A DNA stretch of 63,870 bases, taken from Chiloscyllium plagiosum. Lineage: Eukaryota. The notes beneath the pieces were generated by a model. That model did no database searches. It had not been told where the DNA came from and saw nothing but the letters and a program-made list of their open reading frames with translations. Of the stretch, positions 49,090-63,444 are shown piece by piece. Numbering within the stretch: the first letter of the stretch is position 1; every line of letters begins with the position of its first letter. Where the stretch lies: assembly GCF_004010195.1 (NCBI RefSeq), contig NC_057759.1, forward strand, positions 4,206,431-4,270,300. The letters are read 5' to 3'. A program made the position numbers and the translations under genes.

Positions 49090-51900
49090 TGATTTTATAA
49101 ACCTCTTTCAGGTCACCTCTCAGACTCCAACACTCCATGGCAAACAGGCCCAGCCTCTTCAGCCTCTCCCTTTCACTCAAACACTCCAACCCTGGCAACA
49201 GTCGGTTAAATCTTTTCTGAATGTTTCAAGTTTCACAACATCCTTCCAATAGGAAGGAGACCAGAATTACACACAATGTTCCAAAAGTGGCTCAACCAAT
49301 TATCTGTACAGCTGCAACATTATCCTTTTTCATTATCCTATCGACCGGCGACTCCACTTTCAAGGAACTATGAACGTGCGCTCCATGGTCTCTTTGTTCA
49401 GCAATACTCCCCGGGCCCTTACCATTAAGTGTCTAGCCCCTGCCTTGATGTGCCTTTCCAAAATGAAGCACCTCAAATTTATCTGAATTAAACTCCATCT
49501 GCCACTGGTTAGCCCAGTAGCCCATCTGATCACGCTCCTTTTGTAACCCTTCTTTGCTGTCCACTACATCGCCAATTTTTGTGTCATCGGCAAACCTTTT
49601 ATGTTCACATTCAAATCATTTATAAAAAATAAGGAAAAGCACTGATCCTTGTGGCACGCCACTGATCACAGGTCTCCAGTCTGAACGGTAGCCCTCCACA
49701 ACCACCCTGTGTCTTCCATGTTCAAGTCAATTCTGTGTCCAAATTGTTAGTTTCCCTTAATTTTCATGTGATCTAACCTTGCTAACCAGTCTACAATGAG
49801 GAAACTTGTCAAACATCTTACTGAAGTTCATATTGATCACATACACTACTCTACCCTCATCAATCTTTGAGGCAAAGAGATGTACAAAACAGAAACAGAT
49901 CCTTCGGTCCAACTCGTCCAACCCAAACTAGTCCCATCTACCAGCACCCGGCCCATATCCCGCTAAACCCTTGCTATTCATATACGCATTCAGACGCTTT
50001 TTAAAAGTTGCAATTGTACTAGCATCCGCCACTTCCTCTGGCAGCTCATTCCATATGTATACCACCTTCTGCGTGAAAACCTTGCCACTTAGCTCTCTTT
50101 TATATATTTTCCATCTCATCCTAAACCTATGCCTACTAGTTCTGGATTCCCCCACCCCAGGGAACATAACTTGTCTATTTATCCTATCCATGCCCCTCAT
50201 AATTTTATAAACCTCTATAAGGTCACCCTTCAGCCTCTGATGCTCCAGGGAAAACAGCCCCAGCTTATTCAATTTCTCCCTGTAGCTCAAATCCTCCAAT
50301 CATGGCAACATCCTTGTAAATCCTTTCTGAACCCTTTGAAGTTTCACAACATCCTTCTGATAGGAAGGACACTAGAATTGTATGCAATATTCCAACAGCT
50401 GCAACATGTACTCAATACTCTGACCAATAAAGGAAAGCATATCGAACGCCTTCTTCAATATCCTATCTACCTGTGAATCTACTTTCAGGAAACTATGCAC
50501 GTGCACTCCGACGTCTCTTTGTTCAACAACACTCCCTAGGACCTTGCCATTAAGTGTATAAGTCCTACTAAGATTTGTTTCCCAAAACGCAGCACCTCGC
50601 ATTTATCTGAATTAAACTCCATCTGCCACTCCTCAGCCCATTGGCCCATCTGATCAAGATTCTGTTTGTAATCTGAGGTAACCTTCTTCGCTGTCCAGTA
50701 CACTTGCAATTTTGGTGTCTTACCTCCTATGCTCACATCCAAATCATTTATGTAAATGATGAAAAGTAGTGGACGCAGCACTGATCCTTGTGGTACTCCA
50801 CTGGTCCCATGCCTCCAGTCTTAAAAACAACCCTCCACTACCGCCCTCTGTCTTCTACCTTTGAGCCAGTTCTGTATCCAAATGGCGAGTTCTCCCTGTA
50901 TTCCATGAGATCTAGCCTTGCTAATCAGTCTGCCATGGGGAAATCCTCTTTGTTACTTCTTCAAAAAACTCAATGGAGTTTTTGTGCATGGGAAACCATG
51001 ACTCACAACGATGTTCACTGTCCCGAATCAGTCCTTGCCTTTCAAAATGCATGCAAAGTCTGTCCCTCAGGATTCCCTCCACCATCTTGCCCAACACAGA
51101 TGGCAAGCTTACCAACCTAAAGGTCCCTGACTTTTCCTTACCACCTTTCTTAAATAGTAGCACCACGTTAGCCAAACTCTCGTCTTTCGACGCCTCACCT
51201 TTAACTATCGATGATAAAAATATCTCCGCAAGGGACACAGCAATCACTTCCGTAACCTCCCACAGAGTTCTAGGGTACGCCTGATCAGGTCCTGGGGAAT
51301 TATCCACTTTTGTGCATTTCAAGACATCCAGGACTACTTTGTGTATAATATGGACATCTTTCAGGATGGCACCGTCTATTTCGCCACATTCTGTAACCTC
51401 CATGTGCTTCTCCACATTAAACAGTGATGCAAAATACTCATTTAGTATCTCCCCCATCTTCTGTGGCTCCACACAAAGGCCTTCATGCTGATCGTTGAGG
51501 GACCGTACTCCCTCCCTAGTTACGTTTTTGTCCTTAAATGTATTCATAAAATCCCATGGGATTCTCCTTAACAGTATTTGCCAAACCTAACTCATGTCCC
51601 CTTTTTGCCCTCCTGATTTCCCTCTTCAGTATACTCCTACTGCCTTTTCCTCGTCTAAGGATTCACTCGATCTCTGCTGTCTATACCTGACATGTGCTTC
51701 CTTCTTTCTCTGGACCAAAACCTCAATTTCTCCATTATCCACCATTCCCTACACTTTCCAGTCTTGCTGTTCACCCTAACAGGAACATACTGTCTCTAGA
51801 CTCGTTATCTCATTTTTGAAGGTTTCCCATTTTCCAGCCGTCCCTTTACCTGTGAACATCTGCCTGTAATCAGCTTTTGGAAGTTCTTACCTAATATTGT
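49090..51900 (-). mobile_element. Nested CR1 ORF2 fragments
   Basis: SPGPDQAYPRTL, VSLPSVLGKMVEGILRD, LLFIIYINDLD, LGLFSLEHQRLKGD. Confidence 0.9.
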
Positions 51901-52849
51901 CAAGCCCATTAACATTTACACCATTTTTCAAGAGGTTTAAACTGAATTCTTATCTGAAATATATGTCCAGGGAGGTATTAAATTTACATTTGATGTGAGT
52001 TCTTTTAGAGTTAAAATCAAGATGGAAAAGAAAATCCGACTGTAACATCATTTCAAAAACCATATATAACATAGATGTTAAATACAGAGATAGAAGGAAA
52101 CCAGACAAAAGTCACAAATTTACAGGATGAACCAGTGTTATTAAGTTTATCAGTGATTGGGCAGGACAGAGTTAACCCTTTAATGAATAGTTGTCACATA
52201 AAGTCACATGACAATTAAATAATGTAAAGTCAGCGTGTCTGGCAGCATGTGTGGAGAGAAAACAGAGGTAATGTTTTGGGACCAGTAACTGTTATTCAGA
52301 ACTGCGTTTCTCCAGGAGTTTCTGTTTTTATTCCTGACAATATAGAATGATTACTGCAGGCAAAAACATCAGGCACATACACACAGCAACTGACTTAATT
52401 CAGAATTAGTTCAAAATATAAACACCGTAACTGCAGAGCAGGACTAACAGTTATGGAGTTCCATATACACTTCAGGAAACAGAAAATGATACAATCACAT
52501 GGAGTCATTGTGGTCTGCAGCAGTCAGAGACATCCAACTAACAATTCTACTCCCACTCAGACAGCATTCCATTTCCATCAATGTATCATGGTGGCAGAGG
52601 AGCTGCCATCCCCACCTTTAGCACAACGTCATTCTCCATTTCTTCAACTTGCAGGAACAGATTTTCTTTATGACTCTGTCTTCACCAAAAAGGTTTCTTG
52701 TGCCATTGTTTCAAATTAACTTTCATCCTCTCCAAATAGCCCTGCATTCCTATGAAATCTGAAGAAAACTCAATACCATTTTCTCAAATACTCAATGTGA
52801 TCACATAATCGTAATTTGAAACAATGGAGTAGGAAAGATTTAGTGAGAT

Positions 52850-55800
52850 AATAGAACATAGAACATGACAGCGTAGTATACTATTGCATTTTCATCCATA
52901 TGTTTATCCAGTGACCATTTAAATGCCTGTAAAGTGGGTGAGTATACTGCAGTTCCAGGCAGAACATTCCATGCCCCTACTACTCTCCGAGTATAGAAAC
53001 TTCCTCTGACATCTGTCTTCTATTTATCATCCCTCAATTTAAAGCGATGTCCACTGGTGCTCGCCATCACCATCGGAGGAATAAGGCTCTCACTGCCCAC
53101 ACTATCTAACCCTCTGATTATCTTGTGTGTCTCTATGAAGTCACTTCTCAACCTTCTTCTCTCTAATGAAGCCTCATGTCCCTCAGCCTTTCTTCATAAG
53201 GCATTCCCTCCAGACCAGGCAACGGCCCAGTAAATCACCTATGAACCCTTTCCAAAGCTTGCACATCCTTACTGTGATGTGGGGACAAGAACTGGATGCA
53301 ACTTTCCAAGTGCGGCCACACCAGAGTTTTGTAGAGCTGCAGCATGACCTCATGGTTCCAAAATTCAATCCCTCTCCCAATAAAAGCTAACCACCGTATG
53401 CCTTCTTAACAACCCTATCAACCTGGGTGGCAGCTTTCAAGGATCTATGTACATGTACACAGAGATCTCTCTGCTCATCTACACTACCAAGAACATTACC
53501 ATTAGACCAGTACTCCTTCCAAAGTGAATCATCTCAAACCTTTCCACATTAAACTCCATTTGCCACCTCTCAGCCCAACTCTGCAGCTTATCTATGTACC
53601 TGTGTAACCTGCAACATCCTTCAGCATTGTCCGCAACTCCACTGACGTTAGTATCATCCACAAATTTGCAAATCCATCTTTCTACACCCTCACCCAATAA
53701 AAGCTAACCACCGTATGCCTTCTTAACAACCCTATCAACCTTGGTGGCAGCTTTCAGGGATCTATGTACATGTACACAGAGATCTCTGCTCATCTACATG
53801 ACCAAGAACCTTACCATTAGACCAGTACTCCTTCCAAAGTGAATCATCTCACACTTTTCCATATTAAACTCCATTTGCCACCTCTCAGCCCAACTCTGCA
53901 GCTTATCTCTGTACCTTTGTAACCTGCAACATCTTTTAGCACTGTCCACAACTCCACTGACCTTAGTATCATCCACAAATTTGCAAGCCCATCCTTCTAT
54001 GCCCTCACCTAAAACAGATCCTTGCAGTACACCACTAGCAACTGACTCCAGGATGAACATTTCCCATCAACCACCACCCTCATCCTTCTTTCAGCTAGCC
54101 AATTTCTGAGCCAAACCCTCAATCCCATGCCTCCATATTTTGTGCAATAGCCTACAATTGGGAACCTTACTGAAAACACCTAATCAAGCACTTTACTGAA
54201 ATCCATATACACCACATCAAGTGCTTTCCATTCATCCACCTGTTTGGTCACCTTCTCAAAGAACTCAATAGGGTTTGTGAGGCACGACCTACCCTTCATA
54301 AAACCATATTGGCTATTCCTAATCAATTTATTCCTATCGAGATGATTATAAATCCTGTCTATTCTAGCCTTTCCAACATTTTCCCCACATCCGAAGAAAG
54401 GCTCACTGAACTATAATTACCTGGGTGGTCTCTATTCCCCTTCTTGAACAAAGGGACAACATTTGCTATCTTCTGGTCTTCTGGCACTATTCCTATAGAC
54501 AATGATGACATAAAGATCAAAGCCCAAGGCTCTGCAATCTCCTCCCTGGCTTCCCAGAGAATCCTAAGATAAATCCCATCTGACCCAGGTGGTTATTTAT
54601 TTTCACACTTTCCAGAATTGCTAACATGTCTTCCTTGTGAATCTTTATCCAATCTAGTGTAGTAGCCTGTAACTCAGTATTGTCGTCAACATTGTCTTTT
54701 TCCGATGTGAATACTGACGAAAAATATTCATTTTGCACTTCTCCTATCTCCTCGGACTCCACGCACAACTTCCCACTCCTGTCCTTGATTGACCCGAATT
54801 TAATTCTCATAATTCTTTTGTTTATGATATAGCTATAGAAAGCTTTAGGGTTTTCCTTGATCCTGCCTGCCAAAGACTTCTCTTGTCCCCTCCTGGCTCC
54901 TCTTAGTTCTCTCTAGTCTTTCCTGGCTAGCTTGGAACTCTCAAGCGCCCTAACTGTGCCTTCACGTCTCATCATAATATAATCCACCTTCCTCTTGACA
55001 AGTGATCAACTTCCTTAGTAAACCACAGCTCCCTCACTCATCCACTTCCTCCCTGCCTGACAGGTACATGCCAATCAATGATACGCAGTAGCTGTTCCTT
55101 GAATAAGCTTCACATTTCAATTGTGCCTATCCCTTGCAGTTTGCTACCCCATCCTATGCATCATAAATCTCACCTAATTGCATCATAATTGCCTTTTCTC
55201 CCAGTTATAAATCTTACCCTGCAGTACAGACCTATCCCTTTCCTTCGCTGAAATAAACATAACCGAATTGTGGTCACTCTCACCAAAGTGCTCACTGACC
55301 TCCAAATCTAACACCTGGCCGGGTTCATTATCCAGTATCAAATCCATTGTGGTCTCAACCCTGATTGGCCTGTCTACATACTGTGTCAGGAAAGCCTTCT
55401 GCACACATTGGACATAAACTGATCCATCTGAAGTACTCAAATTATAGTATTTCCAGTCAAGAATTTGAAAGTTAAAGTCCCCCATAACAACTACCATGTT
55501 ATACTCACTCATCTTTACAAGCTCTCCTCTACATCTCTGGAACAATTCTGAAGCCTATAGAAAACTCCTAAAAGGGTGACCTCTCCTTTCCTGTTTCTAA
55601 CCTCAGCCCAGACTACCTCATTAGATGAGTCCTCAAACATCCTTTCTGCCACCATAATACTGTCCTTGAGTGACAATGCCGCACCTCCACCTCTTCTACC
55701 ATTTTCTCTGTTCTTACTGAAACATCAAAACCCCGGAACCTACAATAACCATTCCTGTCCCTGCTTGATCCATGTCTCTGAAATGGCACAACATCAAAAT

Positions 55801-56950
55801 CCCATGTATAAACCCATGCTTCAAGTTCATCCAACTTATTCAGGATGCTCCTGACGTTGAAGTAGACACACTTCAAACCACCTTCATGCTTGCCAGTGCA
55901 CACTTGCGACATTGAAACCATATTTCTGACCTCACTACGCTCAACCTTTGGACACGGTAACCATGATTTATGTTCCTATCCCCCTACTGAATTCCTTTAA
56001 ACCCTCCCGAAGAGCATTAGCATACATCCCCAAGGATATTGGTACTACTTTGCTTCAGTTATGGACTACCATGTTTGTAGAAGTCTCACCTACCCCAATT
56101 ATCCAGGTATCCGAAACATTCCCTTCCACACTATCCCTTTTGTCACGTGTTCAACTCCTCTCTCTCCCTAGTTCTTGCCTCGCTAGCACATGGAGGAGAA
56201 AGTGAGATCTGCAGATGCTGGAGATCAGAGCTGAAAATGTGTTGCTGGAAAGGCGTAGCAGGTCAGGCAGCATCCAGGGAACAGGAGAATCGACGTTTCG
56301 GGCATAAGCCCTTCTTCAGGAATGAAGAAGGGCTTATGCCCGAAAAGTCGATTCTCCTGTTCCCTGATGCTGCCTGACCTGCTGCGCTTTTCTAGCAACA
56401 CATTTTCAGCTCACTAGCACATGGCACGGGCAACTAGCCAGAGATAACAAATCTGCTTGTTCTAGCTCCAAGCTTCCACCCTAGCTCCCTGACTTTCTGC
56501 CTTAAATCCCCATCTCTTTTCCTACCTATGTTGTCTGTGTGGGCCATGCCTTGGGGCAGTTCCCCCTCCCCCTTCCCCTCAAGATTTGAGACATCTTGAA
56601 CCCTTGCACCTGGGATGCAACACGCCAACCATGAGACTCTCTCGTTCCCACAGAACCTCCTATGTGTTCCTTTAACTGTGGAGAACCCAGTGATGAATGC
56701 ACTCTTCTTCTTACCCACCCCCACCCCCCACCACCGAGCAACGGGACAGACTCTGTGCCAGAGATCTGTACCCTGTGGCTTACCGCTGGTAAGTTCTCTC
56801 CCCCCGCCCATCAATAGTATCCAAAACGGAATATTTGTTAATAAGGGGAATGGCCACAGGGACTCCCTGCACTGTCTGCTGGTTCCCTTTCAGTCCCCTG
56901 ACTGTAACCCATTGGCCATTTTTCTTATACCTGAGGTGTGACTATGTCTT
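52850..56950 (-). mobile_element. Near full-length decayed CR1 LINE (ORF1 esterase, ORF2, tail)
   Basis: THRRFCGNERVSWLACCIPGARV, LKCVYFNVRSILNK, MGDFNF, IKENPKAFY, SGVLQGSVLG, KFVDDTK. Confidence 0.9.
56194..56411. mobile_element. Fold-back Penelope pLTR mini-element with hammerhead
   Basis: ~90-bp inverted arms around 56320; TSD CTC(G/A)CTAGCACATGG at 56179-56193 and 56410-56424. Confidence 0.88.
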
Positions 56951-57642
56951 GGTACCCCCCACAAGATAACGTAGATTGTGAAAGCTGATCATTTTTCATT
57001 TTATGAGAAGCATTCAAAAGTTTCATTCTTCAAAAAATTTAATTTGGCTGTTACAATTTCTACTTTGCGTGAGAGAAAATCATTACTTCCTCCTCCTCTC
57101 TGTAGAGCCACACAAGTGTTCCAATGATGGTGAGCACCATCACAATACAGTGCAGGGTAATTAACACCTACCTTTACTTCAACAGTCTTCAAGTAATTAT
57201 ATCACTGTGCACTGAAAAAAAAGATACTAATTCTGACCTTGATCAAGTGGGTCAGTGGGCCAAGAAGTGACAGATTCAGTTTCATTTAGATACATGTGAG
57301 ATTTTGATTAAGACAAACCAGGGCAGGACTTATAACTTAATGGTGGGGCCTTGGCAATTGTTGCTGAACAAAGGGTTGCAGCTGCATATTTTGTTGAAAG
57401 TAAAGTCACAGGTAGACAGGACGGTGAAGGAAGCATTTGGCATGCTTGCCTTCATTGGTCAGAACATTGATTGTAGGAGTTGGGATGTCATGTGGTGGAT
57501 GTACAGGACATTAGTGATGCCACTTTTATGAGATTGTGTACAACGCTCATCACCCTTCTCCAGGAAGGATGTTGTTAAACTTGAGATGCTGCAGAAAAGA
57601 TTTACAAGATTGTTATAGTGATATAGAGTCATACAGCATAGA

Positions 57643-57852
57643 GCTGGAAATGTGTTGCTGGAAAAGCGCAGCAGGTCAGGCAGCATCCAGGGAACAGGAG
57701 AATCGACGTTTCGGGCATAAGCCCTTCTTCAGGAAGGGCTTATGCCCGAAACGTCGATTCTCCTGTTCCCTGGATGCTGCCTGACCTGCTGCGCTTTTCC
57801 AGCAACACATTTCCAGCTCTGATCTCCAGCATCTGCAGACCTCACTTTCTCC
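57643..57852. mobile_element. Fold-back Penelope pLTR mini-element with hammerhead
   Basis: Perfect ~87-bp inverted arms; minus strand CTGAAGA-agggcttatgccc-GAAACGTC at ~57702-57736; TSD TCATACAGCATAGA at 57629-57642 and 57853-57866. Confidence 0.9.
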
Positions 57853-58981
57853 TCATACAGCATAGAAACAGACTATTCAGCCCACCATGTCCATGATGTC
57901 CATCAAACACCAAACTGCATTCATCTTATTTATCTGCACTTGGCCAATAGCTGACAATGCCCTGGTTTCTTAAGGGCATATCCTGATGCTGCTCAAATGC
58001 TGTGAGAGTATTCCATCACACTCTCAGGCAGCATATTACAAACATTACCCACCATCTAAGTCAAAATATTTTTCTCAGATATCCTCTAAACTGCTTTCCC
58101 CACAACTTCAACTTTTGCCCTCTGGTCTTGGGCACATCTGCCAAGGGGAGAAAGATTCTCACAATCTACTCTGTCTGCATCTTTCACAATTTAGTATATC
58201 TCAGTCAGATCCTCCCTCAACCTCCTCTGCTCCAACGAAACCAAACCCAGCTCATACGGTCTCCTCTTTTAACGGAGTCTTTCCAACCCACTGCATCCTC
58301 TCCAGTCAATCCCATCCTTCTAATTGTGTGGCAATCAGAACTGCACATAGTATTTGATCTGTTTTACAAAGTTGGAATAAGACTTCCTTGCTCTTATATT
58401 CGACAACTCCAGAAAGCATTCTGTATGTCGCCTTCAGCAGCCTGTCTGCCTATGCTGACACCTTCTGGGATCTATAGACTTGTACACCAAGGTCCCTTTG
58501 TTCCTCAGTGCTCCCTCAGGACCAATCCTTCATTGTGTAATTCTTTCCCTTATTAGACCTCCCAGAATATATTACCTCACATTTATCAGGATTAAATTCC
58601 ATCTGCCATTGCTCTGCCCAATGTCCTCATACTGTAGCCTGAGACCATCCCCCTCACTGTCAACAACACCACCAACTTTCACGTCATAGAGCAAAGAACA
58701 ATACAGTACAGGAACAGGCCCTTTGCACACCAAGACTGCACTGAAACGTCCACACGAAAAAGTCATCTGCAGACTTACTAATTATATTTTTTTATATTCA
58801 CATCCAATTGTTAATATGTACTTGACAAGCAGCAAGGGTCCCAGCACTGATCCCTGTGATACACCGCTGGTCACAGGCTTCCAATCACAAACACAACCCA
58901 CCATTATAGTTTGCCTCCTGTCTGCAAGCTAATTTCAGCTAATTTAAGCTTGGACCAGTCTTTTATATGGGAGTTTGGCCT

Positions 58982-60169
58982 TGTCAACGGCTATTGGGGT
59001 GGCCTGTATCTGGTCAGAAGTGTCTGTTAACACAAACTGGCTGAGAAGTGGAAAGTAGAATTAAACAGCAGGATGTGAAACAGAATGGCAGGCAGGAACT
59101 AAGCCATACAGCCTACTCACTCAGAAAGGCAGAATGATACCATTGAACAAGCAACACCAACGACCTAACCTGTTCCCATTCAAAACAGTTCTGACAAGAA
59201 GACCTAAGGTCTGGTAAATGAGTAACTCCAGGAACATTCAATGAAAGGATAATTGTCCCAGTTAATGTCCCAGGTGCTAGTTACAGCCCATTAATGCCCT
59301 AAAACAGCTGAGGGTGCAACAGCTAAAGTTATCTTATAGTACTCCGTTTCTTGAAATAAGTTTGAATATTAAGAAAGAGATTCTAGTGAAGAGTCTTACC
59401 ATCATCACCGTAGTTTTCAGCATAAAACATAGATGCATAATACCAAAGCATAAAGAGGAAAAGAAGCATTTAAACCTGGAAGTGAAGGCTAGCTAGCTTA
59501 AGGTAATGCCTTCTCTTATGCCGAGTACAAAATAGATTGCTCACGGCCTATTAATCAGAATGCTAACAATTTGGGTAAATAAATTTACACTTTGTAGCTA
59601 ACTTTTTATAACAAAAATGAAAATTACAAGTCCATGGCAAGTAAGTCAAAACAAACTGTCTTTTGATTTTTCTTCATATATTCCCCATTGCCCTAATTAT
59701 ATCAGAGGAGCAATTGACAGTTGAATGTATAACAACATTCAACTGTCCTGAGAGACAAGCTAGCCTGAGAGAAACCCAAAGGTGTATCGCAAATAACTTT
59801 GGAATGTGAATGAATGGGATGAATAGAAAGATCGCAAGACCTTGAGATTAGTTTCCATGGAACTGAGAGGTCAGGGATCCTGGGGCTGTAAAAAGAAATG
59901 CCCATCATTGATGAGGTGTCTCATTTAATTGGGTATGCAAAGTAAGAGGGAGGATCGTGTAATTAAATTTCTGATTGTTATCAGAAAATTTATAAAAAAA
60001 TATTACTTTTTATTGTAAAATCAGAGTGTGTCATGGATCTCTGTTCTGAGGCCAGTCTCTGAGGACAATCCTTTGGCCCTCTGCCTGCACTAATCAGTTT
60101 CTGGTTGAATAAACACCTTCCACTTGCCTGAATGCTGAGTCATCCCCAGTCGGAGGTTATGCTCCGACA
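58982..60169 (+). mobile_element. Probable solo LTR inserted in a CR1 fragment
   Basis: TGTC...GACA termini, AATAAA at 60108-60113; flanking CR1 sequence CCTTGTCA|AAGGCCTTAC resumes after it. Confidence 0.5.
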
Positions 60170-60229
60170 AAGGCCTTACAGAAGTCATGTAAACCACATC
60201 AACTGCACTACTCTCATCAGTATGTTTCA

Positions 60230-61996
60230 TTGCCAGGATTGGAGGGTTTGAGTTATAGAGTCATAGAGATGTAAAGTGTGGAAACAGACCCTTCGGTCCA
60301 ACCTGTCCATGCCGACCAGCTATCCCAACCCAATTTAGTTCCACCTGCCAGCACCCGGCCCATATCCCTCCACACCCTTCCTATTCATATACCCATCCAA
60401 ATGCCTCTTAGATGTTGCAATTGTACCAGCCTCCACTACTTCATCTGGCATCTCATTCCATACCCCTACCACCCTCTGTGTGAAAATGTTGTCCCTTAGG
60501 TCTCTTTTATATCTTTCCCCTCTCACCCTCAACCTTTGCCCTCAAGTTCTGGACTCCCCGACCCCAGGGAAAAGGGTTTGTCTATTTACCCTACCCATGC
60601 CCCTCATAATTTTGTAAACCTCTGTAAGGTCACCCCTCAGCCTCCGACGCTCCAGGGAAAACAATCTCAGCCTGTTCAGCCTCTCCCTGTAGCTCAAATC
60701 CTCCAACCCTGGCAACATCCTTGTAAATCTTTTCTGAACCTTTTCAAGTTTCACAACATCAGAATGCAGAGACCAGAATTGCACGCAATATTCCAACAGT
60801 GGTCTAACCAATGTCCTGTACAGCTATAACATGTCCTACCAACTCCTGTACTCAATACTCTGACCAATAAAAGAAAGTATACCAAATGCCGCCTTCACTA
60901 TCCTATCTCCCTGTGACTCCACTTTCAAGGAGTTATGAACCTGCACTCCAAGGTCTCTTTGTTCAGCAACACTCCCTCCGATCTTATCATTAAGTCTATA
61001 AGTCCTGCTAAGATTTGCTTTCCCAAAATGCAGCACCTTGTATTTATCTGAATTAAACTCCATCTGCCACTTCTCAGCCCATCGAGTTATAGGGAGAGGC
61101 TGAACAGGTTGTTGCTTGGCTGCCTGGACTGTCGGAGAATGAGGTGTGACCTTTGTACAGGTTGAGAAAATCATGAGGGGCATGATAGGGTGATAGCCAA
61201 GGTCTTTTTCCGAATGTGGGTACGTGCAATAGAGGGCATAGGTTTAAATTGTGGAAAAAAGATTTAAAAAGGACCTGGGGGTTACTTTATCACACAGAGG
61301 ATGGTGCTTGTATGGAATGAGCTACCAGAGGAAGTGGAGGTGATGGGTACAATCACATTTTATAGGCACCTGGATACGTACAAGAATAAGAACAGTTTAG
61401 AGGGATATGTGCCAAATGCTGGAAAATGGGACTCGCCATGATGTGCAGATGCAAGTGTTGGACTGGAGTGGACAAAGTTAAGAATCACACAACGCCAGTT
61501 TCTCATACAGCAGGTTTATTTGGAAGCTGAAAATGTGTTGCTGGAAAAGCGCAGCAGGTCAGGCAGCATCCAGGGAACAGGAGAATCGACGTTTCGGGCA
61601 TAAGCCCTGCTGAAAATGTGTTGCTTAGAAAAGCGCAGCAGGTCAGGCAGCATCCAGGGAACAGGAGAATCTGAAGAAGGGCTTATGCCCGAAACGTCGA
61701 TTCTCCTGTTCCCTGGATGCTGCCTGACCTGCTGAGCTTTTCCAGCAACACATTTTCAGCTCTGATCTCCAGCATCTGCAGACCTCACTTTCTCCCCGGT
61801 TTATTTGGAAGCACTAGCTTTCAGTGCACTGCTCCTTCATCGCTCTGAAAGCTAGTGCTTCCACGTAAACCTGTCATAGAATGACCTGATGTTGAGATTT
61901 TTAACTTAAATGGGACTAGGTTGGATTAGGATATCTGCTCAGCACTAACAACTTGGACTAAAGGATCTGTTTTTGTGCTGTATAACTATGACTCTC
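60230..61996. mobile_element. CR1 3' ends nested in opposite orientations
   Basis: Minus copy 60259-61083 (VRPLLEYCVQFW, LERRRLRGD) flanked by duplicated GAGTTATAG inside a plus-strand copy. Confidence 0.85.
61445..61908. mobile_element. Fold-back Penelope mini-element with a second-family mini-element (61527-61797) nested inside
   Basis: TSD GGTTTATTTGGAAG at 61513-61526 and 61798-61811; inner CTGAAGA..GAAACGTC at ~61671-61698. Confidence 0.85.
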
Positions 61997-63444
61997 TGAA
62001 GACCGCAACTTGATATCATTATCCCCAGTTAGACTCTGCACTATCGGAGTTGCAAAGGTCCATTGCTTTTACCTCCTTGACTCTGAAGAACAGCACAGAT
62101 AATTTCTGTGATGATGTGTTGTGGTTTCAGTTGCCTGTGAATCCTACAGATACAGTCAAAGAAAATAAGATGTTTCCCATTCACTTCTGGAAACATGAAC
62201 TAAAAACTCTCTGCTTTGCTAACTGGTTGTCCACTTAACAGCAAGCATTTAAACTGCTCAGTAACACAATGCAGGAAGATTGAAGCAGATCAATCGAGTG
62301 TGGGCAACCTTCCTATATCATAACAACTGTTTCTTTCAAAAATGTTTTTTCTATATAAAATCAGTGGATGTACTTCATTTCCAAGTTTTTCACTAGGCAA
62401 TATGGCTCTAATTTGTTGACAGTCTGTCACATCTGAGCAGAGTTTTGAAGCCAAATCCAAAATCCCATTGAATAGCACAGTCTGACAGGTCGATAGTAAT
62501 TCCTAAGTACACAAATTGTACAAGTGATGGAAGAAACGAGATGAGTTCTGCACTCACAGAAGAGCAAACAGTTGCAGACTGCAGCAGTCATTTTTCTTAT
62601 TCACATCATGAAGGACTTGGAGGAAACTGATAATTTCTGGACAGAACAAAGAATGAAATGGTGCCAGTACACAGTGGGTACAGAATTACTTGCAACATAC
62701 AGGAATACTGTCAGGTTAATAGGTCTATAGGCAAAAATAGAAAAGCCATGACCTCAAAGATGTCACAGTTGGGAGAACTAGTATTTCATTAAGCAAGTTA
62801 CCCAGGACAGTGTGAGAGTGAAGGATGTCAGTCGCAGTGTCCAAGTCAACTTCTTACAGAATTAAAATGATGGTATCAACTTGGTGAAAAAGTAAATTCT
62901 ACTTGTTTATTAGAAAATATTGAACCTATTGAATGTTCACAATGAATTCCACTTAAGTAGGGAAAGAATAAAAATTCAGACTAATTATTCATCCAATTAT
63001 CTCACCATGGTTTAAACTAGCTGTCTGACTCTCTGACTGTATGAAATTCATCTATCAATCTTTTTGTCCAACCTGGAGGAATTAAATAGCAGGCCAAGTG
63101 CCAGATTGAAACAAATATTGCAATTTAATTTGTTTCCAAAAGGAGAAAACAGAACACATCTCAGACAAAATGACTGAATAACACTTTGTTTTCAAATGGT
63201 CCAAAGGAAAATCAAACATTGACATGAAAAGGTACACTTTCAGATAGATACCCAGAGATTATTGGACACAGAATGAAAAAACTCTCATATTCAAAGTACA
63301 CATTCAGACCAGAAACTGACCAATCCAGAAAATAACTTACAATCATAAACTGGGCCATCGAATAAAAGTTGTGGAAATTATCCAAACTGCTTTAGAGTGA
63401 CAGAGACTGACAATGGTATAAAAAGTCTCACTTTCATTTACAGT

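Larger units (their letters stand above)
52578..63072 (-). pseudogene. Unidentified multi-exon gene, paralog B (decayed, introns expanded by retroelements)
   Basis: Exon 62009-62143 (LCCSSESRR*KQWTFATPIVQSLTGDNDIK) and exon 52578-52758 (KKPFW*RQSHKENLFLQVEEMENDVVLK) align to paralog A; further candidate exons near 57170-57210, 62375-62432, 62558-62636 and 63006-63072. Confidence 0.55.
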
